Source: Catajapyx aquilonaris
Lineage: Eukaryota
DNA length: 64,000 nucleotides
Direction: 5' to 3'
Assembly (NCBI GenBank): GCA_000934665.2
Contig: KZ538350.1
Span: 1-64,000, forward strand
The notes below the pieces were generated by a model. That model was not told the DNA's origin. It searched no databases and saw only the letters and a list, made by a program, of their open reading frames with translations. Position 1 is the first letter of the stretch. Each line of letters begins with the position of its first letter. Shown in pieces: positions 39,529 through 49,091 of this stretch. A program made the position numbers and the translations under genes.

Positions 39529-39661
39529 ATGCGAGATAGAAATCGACGGAATCAGGCCCGCCTTTTGCGATCCTTTCCGACCCAATGACTCCAGATTCCT
39601 CCTGGGAAGATTTCTCAGACAAGCGCTCTATGACTTGAAAAACGGATTTCGTCTTGTCATG
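39529..39661 (+). CDS. ENPP6: ENPP6-like, exon 4 (CEIEIDGIRPAFC...)
   Basis: ttgcag|A...ATG|gtaat; matches the ENPP6-type CEVEI.G.RP..C segment; phase consistent with neighbours. Confidence 0.88.
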
Positions 39662-39724
39662 GTAATACCAACTCAGCAGATTCAAATGTAATCGTGCCCT
39701 CTAACTCGCCTTTTTTTCTGTCAG

Positions 39725-39865
39725 ATGCTCACCGATCATGTGGATCGAGTTGGTCACGAATTCGGACCAGAGTCGCCGCAGGTCAAGAAAGCTATAGTTG
39801 AAGTGGATACAGCCATCGCCATATTTCTGGATCGGATTATGCAAGATGGGGTATTGAACACATCG
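39725..39865 (+). CDS. ENPP6: ENPP6-like, exon 5 (DRVGHEFGPES)
   Basis: tcag|ATG...TCG|gtaatg; D..GH..GP zinc-ligand motif. Confidence 0.9.
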
Positions 39866-39927
39866 GTAATGTTTCGCAATAAGCGCGTTTTAAAATTAGC
39901 TACTAATTTTTAATTATCCCGCGCCAG

Positions 39928-40092
39928 ACTAACGTAATTGTGACATCATCGCATGGTATGAGGAGGTCCAGCCGTGATGCCGACGCCACCTATTACCGTC
40001 TGGAAGACTTTGTAGCTCAGGAAGATGTAGATCTCGTGCTGGACCGGGGAGCTGTGATGCAAGTGCTTCCACGGAGCGGCAGAGAGGACAAG
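39928..40092 (+). CDS. ENPP6: ENPP6-like, exon 6 (TNVIVTSSHGM...)
   Basis: ccag|ACT...AAG|gtgac; the SDHGM motif is present as SSHGM. Confidence 0.88.
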
Positions 40093-40748
40093 GTGACTTG
40101 ACCCGCTAGATTTTAAACCATCCCGGTTCAAAATGCAACCCAAAATATTCATTTGAACATACAAAAAAAAACAAATCATAATGATTTGGCATGGAATTCA
40201 TCATTAAAACACTAAACTGCAATTTTTAAACCTCACCTAACCACAATAATTTAAATATAATATATGGCATTATTAGCAATATCAGTGCAACATTAATGCT
40301 GTCATGCAGCGCATCCCCAATGTGTACACATTATCGTCATTTAAGCTACAATGTGCAATTACAATTATGTTTCCTGCTCTTTTTCTGGGACAATGCACAA
40401 CAAATTAACCTACTGCACATATTGGTACAGGAACCTAATTGTAGTTCAATTATTATGCATCTGAATTGCCCAGGGCAACATAATGAGCATGCCATAAAAT
40501 AGTGAAAAAAGTCGGTGTCAACACTACACTACACTTCCACAATAATTAAGTTATGCGCTTTATTATATGTGCAGAACAACAGTAGACAGTGGATGACGAT
40601 ACCAAAGTAGTTTTTAGTCGAACTTGTACCTAATAACCACTGACTGAAAGTGATATTTAATTAAATCAATGCTGGTGGTACCAGGTGGCAATGTATAAAT
40701 GTAGTAAAATGGAGGAGTCATGAGTGGACTCTTCAATTTATTTATTAA

Positions 40749-41031
40749 CACTGGAACCGTGACGTGCCTTAAAGTTACGGACACCGTGACTTGGGGTCTT
40801 TTAGGACCCCATCCATATTTTAATTTTTATTAATTTTTATATAATACTTTTCAATGTATTGACTATATGCAAATGGAATAATTCTTTGAACAATGCTTAA
40901 AATGATAGCTAATTCAAAGTAAACATGCACTTCCTGTTATATACTTTTTTTAAATGGTAAACAGGTCATTGTAATTATTATCATTTTAATTCCTTTGGGG
41001 TCCTGAAAGACCCCACATCACGGTTCCTGTG
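40749..41031. mobile_element. piggyBac-like MITE (TTAA TSD) in ENPP6-like intron 6
   Basis: TTAA|CACTGGAACCGTGACGTG...CACATCACGGTTCCTGTG|TTAA; subterminal tggggtc..gacccca palindromes at both ends. Confidence 0.7.
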
Positions 41032-41642
41032 TTAACATTAAGACTAGCTACTGAATAGTTGAGCAGATTAGGTATAATTTACCATTGGCATGAAAATGAA
41101 AATAAAAATTATGCAAGTTTTTAGCCCCCTCTGTGGCCATTTGAAACGCAAAAAATGGCATTCATGTCTTGCAAGCTTAAATATTCACAACTCAAGAGAA
41201 GCAATGTTTCAAAATGTGTCCCAGGTTTCGTTCCTTGTCACATACCCTATTGTTGGGAACAACTGAGGGCTGTGGAGGAAAAACATGATGACTGACATTT
41301 TTGTCATTTTTTACCTAAACACCTAGCAACTATGTATAAGACATGACAAACAGTTTGGTATACTCCAAGTTCATGTATCATGCATGAGACGGCCACACGG
41401 ACTAAATCAAAACCAGCATTCCCTATGATTTGTTAAGCAAATTCAAACTTCAATTTGCTCTCCTGAAAAATTACTCTCTTGTCAGTTATCATGTTTTTCC
41501 CCCACACCCCTCAACTTATTCTCATCGAGGTGACACTAAACCTGCCATTGGCAACCTGGTTTGACATCATCAAGCCTACTCTCCATAAAATTAAGAAAAT
41601 GTCACCATGCATACAAACAGTAAGTCACATATCTCTTGCTCA

Positions 41643-41877
41643 GGGGGATGTGTGGTGGCCGAGATGGTAACATCTCGGCTTGCTGAGTGATAGGTCCCAG
41701 GTTCGATCCCCGCCTGGGAGTTACCTTTCGCCTGCATCGGGAGAGTCTCTGACCTGCACCTTGGAGGTGTCTGGTAACCTAACCTCCTGGGGGACTGCAC
41801 ATGGCCCAAAGGCTAGGACATTGCACCTGCACAAGTGTCCCCTCCCAAACAATCCCTATCCCTACCCTACATCCCTA
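41643..41877 (+). mobile_element. tRNA-derived SINE
   Basis: Pol III A box TGGCCGAGATGG (41656-41667), B box GGTTCGATCCC (41700-41710), no complete cloverleaf, ~150-bp body and an (ATCCCT/ACCCT)n tail. Confidence 0.7.
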
Positions 41878-42373
41878 ATTATTCCTTGCACGGTGATTGA
41901 AGAAAAAGTAGAAAAAAGTACTCTATATGGTGGTAATCCACTCCCCTATAAACCATAATCGGGTTATCATGGGATAATAGAAAGAAAAAGAAAAAGATCT
42001 CTTGCTCAGATTCTGAATTGCTATTATTCTTTCATTCAGAATAATGTTAATTGATTGTGTAACTTCAATTAAATGTAATGTTTGAATTTTCAAACAAATG
42101 TTATTATTGTTATAACTTTCATTGTTAGTTTGACATTTCCTCATAGTTTTTCTGGGTAAGATTTAATAAAACACATCCCTCAATCGCAGTCTTGAGACTC
42201 ACTGCAGTCTTCTTCCCAGTAAAAAACACAGGTAGTGACTAATTACTATGGACCATAATACAACATAATTATGTAGTACACGATAGTCAGCATGATTTTG
42301 AAGTGAAAATATGCTTAAAATTGTGCTCATGCTTAGCAGGTCTAACTAGCCTGACATTATTTCAATTTTTCAG

Positions 42374-42494
42374 CTGGTTGAGCAGCTGTCCAAGATCCCA
42401 AATGTACAGATTTACACCAAAGATAGCATTCCGGAGTGGTTCCACTATCAAAATGGCAAATACGTGCAAGGCATCCTCCTGCTTGCCTCACCTG
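42374..42494 (+). CDS. ENPP6: ENPP6-like, exon 7 (IYTKDSIPEWFHY...)
   Basis: tttttcag|CTG...CCTG|gtaag; Y.K..IP..FHY motif. Confidence 0.88.
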
Positions 42495-42609
42495 GTAAGC
42501 TATAGTTCCATGGAGCCAGAATCAGTAGTTGGAGTTAGGAGTGTGCATGTGCGGTGAAAAAGTCAAGCGGAATAGTCGTACAGGTGTATTCCTAATTCCA
42601 ACTACTAAC

Positions 42610-42865
42610 CGCGGGCTGAGAATCATCTTCGGTTATCTCCATTTTTCAATGCAATCGAGCCAACAGCGGATTGACATTGGATGTGTTATGTTCGTTCATA
42701 TCCACCCAACGTAGGTTGTAATAATGGCATCATAAACCTTCTGAGAGTTGGAAACAGTTTCGTTCAAGTCCACAAGTTACAGAATTATTCAGTTCTGAAT
42801 ATGCAAATGACTCTCCTGAAAAAAATTAAAAAGTGGAGTTAACCGAAGATGATTCTCAGCCCACG
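42610..42865. mobile_element. TIR element in ENPP6-like intron 7
   Basis: cgcgggctgagaatcatcttcggtta / taaccgaagatgattctcagcccacg inverted termini. Confidence 0.6.
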
Positions 42866-42950
42866 CCTGTCTATGGAAGCATAGCATTAGTTACAGCAGC
42901 TTCTAAATAGCCAAACCTGTAAGTATCATGCAAAATCTTTCACATGAAAG

Positions 42951-43082
42951 GTACAGTCATTGAAGGCCTGCCTTCTCCAAAACAACACCCACGTGACTCA
43001 AGACGTCCCGACTGGGCAGGCCTACATGGATATGACCCTATTATTCCAGACATGCGAGGCATTTGCACAGCATGGGGTCCAG
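42951..43082 (+). CDS. ENPP6: ENPP6-like, exon 8 (GLHGYD...DMRGICTAWGP)
   Basis: aag|GT...CCAG|gtaag; G.HGYD zinc-ligand motif and M..IF.A.GP-like motif. Confidence 0.9.
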
Positions 43083-43317
43083 GTAAGCATATAGCTCAGT
43101 GTGACATTAGAGACACCTCATGTATCGGAATAGAACATGGCGTTTAATGGCGCAAAATCATCAATGGCTATACTGCGCCAAACCTAGTGGTACGTTGGGC
43201 AGCATGTGGCAACCCGCCCCAACGTTACTAAACAAAAGGCAAAAAGTAATTGAATGTAACCCATTTCTGCCCCTGGGTTGCTCCAAGGTCATTGACCTAC
43301 CTCTTCCTCTTGTTCAG

Positions 43318-43529
43318 CATTTCCACCAGGAGTGCAGGGAGGTCCCCTGGAAGCAGTGGACGTCTACCGGCTGATGGCAGATACCCTGGGCCTAGTCCCG
43401 ACCCCGAACAACTCTTCCTGGGAACGAATTGGCTGGATGTTAGGCTCCTCTTGCACCGTCACCCCGTCCAACACGCACCTCGCTCTTCTGGTCCTACCCT
43501 GGCTTGCTCGGCTGTTCCACTGGGCCTAG
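43318..43529 (+). CDS. ENPP6: ENPP6-like, exon 9 (VDVYRLMA..LGL.P.PNNSS + hydrophobic GPI-like tail, TAG)
   Basis: gttcag|CA...; spliced CDS totals 1326 nt = 441 aa + stop with all phases compatible. Confidence 0.9.
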
Positions 43530-43644
43530 GCACCTATTGGAAGCACCTGGTTGTCCGACTAACGTACCGGTACCGCCTTATGCAAAGAGATCACTAGAAG
43601 GTCCGCCGCCTGAAACCGAACGAGATCTGCTAATGATGCTGGAT

Positions 43645-43713
43645 TAGGGGTTGCCAGGTGAAGGTGGCCCCTTCTGGTCGCCATGGCGTACCACTGTTGG
43701 TCTGGCAACCCTG
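43645..43713. mobile_element. Tiny hAT/Tip100-like remnant
   Basis: taggggttgccag...ctggcaaccctg inverted termini; no TSD recovered. Confidence 0.35.
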
Positions 43714-43892
43714 ATGCGCGATTCTCATTGCTGTTTGAATTATTTTAATGCAGTTGTGACGTCACATCCTTTTCTGGCATACCGGTATCACATTCATGAG
43801 AACATTATTTGTCAAAAACAATAATCACGTACATAATATTTAATATTTAATATTAATATTTAATGAAGAAATTAGTTTGCAGATGCATCTAC

Positions 43893-44067
43893 AGCTCTGC
43901 CGTCAGATGTAAGAAGACAGTAACTCAAAAACAAGTAAGGGTGAAAGTCGCATGGATGACCTGCACTAAACCCCTCCGAGTCAGGGGGGATTAGTGCAGG
44001 GCATGCATGCGACTTTCACCCTTATTAATTTTTGAGTTATGGTCTTCTTACATCTGACGACAGAGCT
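43893..44067. mobile_element. Fold-back element downstream of the ENPP6-like stop
   Basis: agctctgccgtcagatgtaagaagac...gtcttcttacatctgacgacagagct; ~80-bp arms. Confidence 0.75.
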
Positions 44068-44464
44068 TCAGGCACTTGATGACTTTGATCTACCTTGGCC
44101 ATACAAGTGATTCAGTCACAAAAACATGAGTTCGAGTCACTGTGTGTAGATAGTTTGGTCTTACGAAAAGTTAATGGCAGTGTAATGTGTGCACAGTACT
44201 GCTTGTGCACATCATTATTTTGTAGATGCGGTAGGGTAATGCAACCAGGAATAAAGAAAGATATGATACACAAATTGTAAAAAAGGTGTGGAAAATCCAT
44301 TCATTATCCTTCAGAAGATAGAAATTTCAGCTTTAGGGAGTCATGGCCCAGGTGACCTCGCCCAATGGCCCCATGTTTGAGAGCACGGGACATCCATAGC
44401 ATCTGTATGAAAGAAAATGCAGCCCAAATCCATTGGTCTTCACTGCAGCAATGAAGACTATGAG

Positions 44465-44582
44465 CCAGTTTCACCGAGCTCGGTATATGATATAACCAGG
44501 GTTCTTTAAGAAAATCCCTACATATTTGTATGGCTTTTCCTAAAGAAACCTGGTTTTATCATATACAGAGCTCGGTGAAACC
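44465..44582. mobile_element. Fold-back element
   Basis: gtttcaccgagctcggtatatgatataaccagg / cctggttttatcatatacagagctcggtgaaac. Confidence 0.65.
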
Positions 44583-44894
44583 AGCCCCCAGTCCCTAGTG
44601 CAAATATATTGTGGATTTATTGTTATTTTAAAAATCAGACAGCTGTCATGCATATCATATCTGACTGAATAAGTATTGATAGATTAACACAAGTACTCCT
44701 TAGAATGGAGAGCCCCTTTTCATGGAATGACAGTCATTACTGTCACACTTAGAATTTTTTTTGTACCAATTAAAGAGTACTACAAAGAGTAAATACGATT
44801 CCATTCTCAAAGACAATCATATCAAAGTCTTAACAAACCTTTGCAAGGGAAGACCTTTTGCTGAACAAAATCAATACAGTAATGCCCATCGATC

Positions 44895-45013
44895 TTGCCA
44901 TCCCATGGAGAACACCCTGCAAAACCAGTAAGAATGAAAGTCACTCACAGGGCCTGTACATGACTTTCGTCCTTACCGGTTTTGTAGATTGGGTGTTCTC
45001 CTTGGGATGGCAA
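44895..45013. mobile_element. Fold-back element
   Basis: ttgccatcccatggagaacaccc..caaaacc.gtaag / cttaccggttttg..gggtgttctccttgggatggcaa. Confidence 0.65.
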
Positions 45014-47116
45014 TACAGTGGAGCTTCCCTATTTTGCAAAAAACATTCCATCTAGAGTAGCCACTAATTGTAGCTTAAAATAAACATTGAGCAATTATGA
45101 TTAGCCTGGACAACTTTGCCAAATCTCAGTCCCCTCTTGAATTGACTCTGAATTAAATCCTTTTAGAATCAGTCTACCTTTCCCATGTATTCAAATGTTT
45201 CACTGAAATTATTTGCTCAGTGTTTTATTAACATTTCCTGGAACTGGACACAACCTGGGTTTGGTTTTTGAAATGCATGGCAATGCCTGCCTGGGGTGTT
45301 GCCATTACGTCAAACAGCACAGGTAAGTAATGTAGCAGCAACACAACTTAACTCCTTTATATCAGTTGTTCACTTATAGACATGCTGAGACTTGGCAACA
45401 TTGTACAAGCTATTTGTAATGGCCATGTTCATTCTGATCTGAAATGGAAACTGTACATTGCTAATCATCGGACAGAATCATACGTTGCATAATGGACATG
45501 TTTCAGGTGAGTCCACAATCCATTATACACCAGATTCATTGCACTAGCACAGGTAGCAAGATTATGATATGGAGTTAGTTTTATATTTAGGCTCCTTTAT
45601 TTCCCATTTTCACACATGTACAACTTGGAAGAAACGCAGGAATAAACCACAAAATTCTCGTATCTACATTTCCATTGCATAAATTGTAATAATGTACGTA
45701 AAAGAGCAGGTAAAATACCAGCAGCTCTCAGAAGGTGTGTATATTAGAAAAGAACTCTGGGAGGGGAAAGTATCTGTTTAAATGAAAGTTGACTCAAAAG
45801 TTAACTTCCTTCTTAATGTACTAGACATATTCCATAACAAGCTGCAGTACACAGGAAAACATGCAGAACGAACACAATGCAATAGCACTGAATAGAACAT
45901 TGGAATGTATTGAGACGTCCATCTAACAGTGACATCACTGAAGAGAACTGAACTGATAGATTAAATCTGGAAAACGATCAAACCATGAGCAGTTCAAAAA
46001 ATATTTGCTAAAAAATTGGAAACTGGAACTCACTTAGGCAATATGACCCTAAATCTGAAACTGTCATATGATATAAAATAAGGGTCATATAAAATATGCT
46101 ACAAAATTTACTGTAGGAATACTAATTTTTCAAAATCAAGTGCCCTGCAACAATATATTGTACTGTGCAGTTCAGTTCATCTGGATGACTTCGTATTTTT
46201 ATGACACCTTCAACAATTCAAATCTATATTTGAAGCAATCTGTCCTCTCTTCCCGCATCAGAAGCTTTGCATAAAATGTAACCTTGAATTATCGTAAATG
46301 CATGAGCTCCTACACTCCCTTAGAGTGGACATCACAATTCAAAGATTGTAATACTAACATAACTCATCACCTTAGCGCTATGTACAATATGGTTGCGCCC
46401 TTTAACTGTAATTGTGCCCCAAAATGTGATGTCTTTCCAGTCATTGACCCCTATTAATTCTAGTAATGCAGGAACCTATCCAAGATGATCTGATTTTTAA
46501 GTACATTAAAAGGCACATTTTTTTTACTCCACAGACTACCTTACTATGGCTGGATGACAACAATGTTGCCTTAACACAGAAGGCACACACAATGGAATTA
46601 TCACTGACACACTCTTAATTCACATTATCATTGTCATGATGGATCTGATGATAGCTTTTAACACACTACCTTCATTTTTCAAATTGATTTTAATTAGGCC
46701 TACATTCTAATATTTGCTTTGAAATCCACTAACATGGCTGTCACAAGCTATCAAAATTAAAATTCAGGAGGCCAAAAATATTTAACAAATGGCTGTATGT
46801 ATGACTTGCATAACAATTCAACAATTGCATTATCATGGTACTTTGCCATACCACATGTGCCACATCCAAACGGGCAGCAATTGAACAGTAGTATCTGTGC
46901 ATGAACATTAGAAGTAAACAGGTTTAGTAGAACTGATCAACTGCTGCATGCATTCCTGAATTGGAAAGGCGACCACTACATGTCACAGAATTCCTAGAAG
47001 AAACCAATAATATTTTTCATTAATTCTTCCTTTCATAATAATAAAAGTCGCATGCTATGGAATGAACAATCATTGATACTGTACCTTATATTTAGAGGAG
47101 GATGTGAGCAGGAAAT

Positions 47117-47320
47117 TCACAAGGTCTGGACAATCTCATACTTCTTGCGCATGTCCATATTCTCCTTCTTGGGGTCATACTTCTTGCGGCGAGACAGCTG
47201 CTCACGCATTTGCTGCGCTGTCATGTTGAGGTTGAGTCCTGCCTTGTTGCCCATTGGTGGAGCCGGAGATGGGGAAGGACTTGGTGAAGGGGATTCCCCT
47301 AAATTCTTCTCATCTTCTCG
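47117..47320 (-). CDS. Sip1: NHERF/EBP50 (Sip1-like), last exon: ERM-binding C-terminus
   Basis: ttaatttcag|CGA; REDEKNLGESPSPSPSPSPAPPMGNKAGLNLNMTAQQMREQLSRRKKYDPKKENMDMRKKYEIVQTL*; the MD..KKYE.....L end resembles the EBP50 C-terminal ERM-binding motif. Confidence 0.85.
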   Translation of the reverse strand, partial: REDEKNLGESPSPSPSPSPAPPMGNKAGLNLNMTAQQMREQLSRRKKYDPKKENMDMRKKYEIVQTL

Positions 47321-48134
47321 CTGAAATTAAATGTCACATGAGTTTCGTGTCATTTGCAACTTTGCAGGAAAAATACCAAATGGAAATACTTGGGCCAACT
47401 AGAATCTATTACTAAATTAATATTCTATTCTGCTACCCATGCAATACACTTGTACTAAAATCTACATCAGAAGTAGTGCTGAACCTGTCATCCTTTGCAA
47501 TAATCTTGTAAATCCTCGATAAGCATAAGAGGTCCTATAGAAAGGGAAAACAGGTTACACAAATAATATTCAGCATGAAACAAGAAGAGCAATGATTGGA
47601 ATATAACAACAAAGGTACCTCTGAACATCAAAGATTACAGCAAACCCCATTCTAGAAATTAGTAATGAGGATAATTAACTTATGCAGTTGTGATTCAGGT
47701 GTCAGTTTTAAAATTCAGACATTCACTGGTAGCACAAAAGAGGTTGTGGAATAGCAAGCAGAATTTCCATTATAATAATGTCTATAAGTCAGCTACAAAA
47801 TCCATGATGACACATGTTTCTGCCCAATATCTCTCTCTTCCCATGTCTAAATTTTACAGTCATAATCTGTGCCTTATCTTCAGCCATCAGAAGGATGCTA
47901 TCTTCTTTCCTCAGATGGAAATACCATATTTAGGGGCCAGATGTTTTAGAAAATAATATATCTTACAAGTTAATTGACCACTCTGAGTGATAGCACACTT
48001 GTCCTGCCCTTTCTGCACCAGAACACATGGCAGGACTTGCTGCTTGGGAGAGTGACTTCACATTTTACTCCAGTCTTAATGTTAGAGGAGATATTGCACT
48101 GCCATTCCTAAACAATATTTCCCAGTGTGTTGTA

Positions 48135-48925
48135 CGAGGTGCAGTCAAAAATTACTTGCGCGTATTTTTTTTTAGCCATTGCGCATGACATTTACATATT
48201 TGTACTTCAAGGAACATGAAATCCAGCCCATGTGGGATTTTTTGATAAAGGTTTCAAATTTCGCGCTGACAGGACGCCTGTTTCGCAGCCCTGCAAACAG
48301 AGGGCCTTACCGACACTAGCAAAATGGCGGACTTCAGCAAAGCCGATCAGCGTGTTGTGGTGAGATTTCTTTTTCTGCAAGGGAAAAGTGTTCCTGTGAT
48401 CCTTAAAGACATGCAGGCCATATGTGGGAACTCCGTCATTTTTAATTGATACAGGACTATGCAATTGATAATTTTAAATCCGTCCATGACAAGCTCCTCC
48501 ACACGGCTGACAGTGGCGTCGTTTGTGGTGGTCAACGGGCGGCCAGCCCCTGAGGAATGCGTCACACTTGTACGCCCTTCCTTGAACTCCTTCACCCACC
48601 ACTGGATCGTCCGTAAGGGCATGACGGAGTTCCCACATATGGCCTGCATGTCTTTAAGGATCACAGGAGCACTTTTCCCTTGCAGAAAAAGAAATCGCAC
48701 CACAACATGCTGATCGGCTTTGCTGAAGTCCGCCATTTTGCTAGTGTCGGTAAGGCCCTCTGTTTGCAGGGCTGCGAAACAGGCGTCCGGTCAGCGCGAA
48801 ATTTGGAACCTTTATCAAAAAATCCCACATGGGCTGGATTTCATGTTCCTTGAAGTACAAATATGTAAATGTCATGCGCAATGGCTTAAAAAAAATACGC
48901 GCAAGTAATTTTTGACTGCACCTCG
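48135..48925. mobile_element. Mariner-derived fold-back element made of two inverted 5' ends; retains N-terminal transposase HTH ORF
   Basis: TA|CGAGGTGCAGTCAAAA...TTTTGACTGCACCTCG|TA; ~300-bp near-identical arms; ORF 48736 (-) MADFSKADQHVVVRFLFLQGKSA...IQWWVKEFKEGRTSV..GAGRP resembles the mariner N-terminal HTH. Confidence 0.9.
48347..48736 (-). pseudogene. Truncated mariner transposase (DNA-binding domain only, ~88 aa, then reads into the inverted arm)
   Basis: HTH signature W...F..GR..V....GRP; no DDD catalytic domain. Confidence 0.75.
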
Positions 48926-48980
48926 TAGTCACAGGTATTTAGCGTAGTTTTTAAATGTAACCAACGCATGATTTTCAAAC

Positions 48981-49091
48981 CTCAATAGCAGAATCTGGTG
49001 AGGAGCATGGACTCCCTCTGCGATCAGTAGATGGTGTTTCTGCAGTGCTGCCATGGCTGCTTGCTTTGTCCGAGGTACGCTCCTGGCGACC
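48981..49091 (-). CDS. Sip1: NHERF/Sip1-like, exon 3 (Ser-rich linker)
   Basis: cttttacccccacag|GGT...GAG|gtttga; 111 nt, phase 0/0, GRQERTSDKASSHGSTAETPSTDRRGSPCSSPDSAIE. Confidence 0.7.

Noticed and set aside
41643..41720. tRNA gene
   Set aside because: A and B boxes are present but there is no proper acceptor or anticodon stem; followed by a body and repeat tail, so called a SINE.
47485..47534. Extra Sip1 exon after the strong acceptor ttttccctttctatag
   Set aside because: 50 nt with a weak gttcag donor would frameshift the conserved last exon; no support without RNA data.
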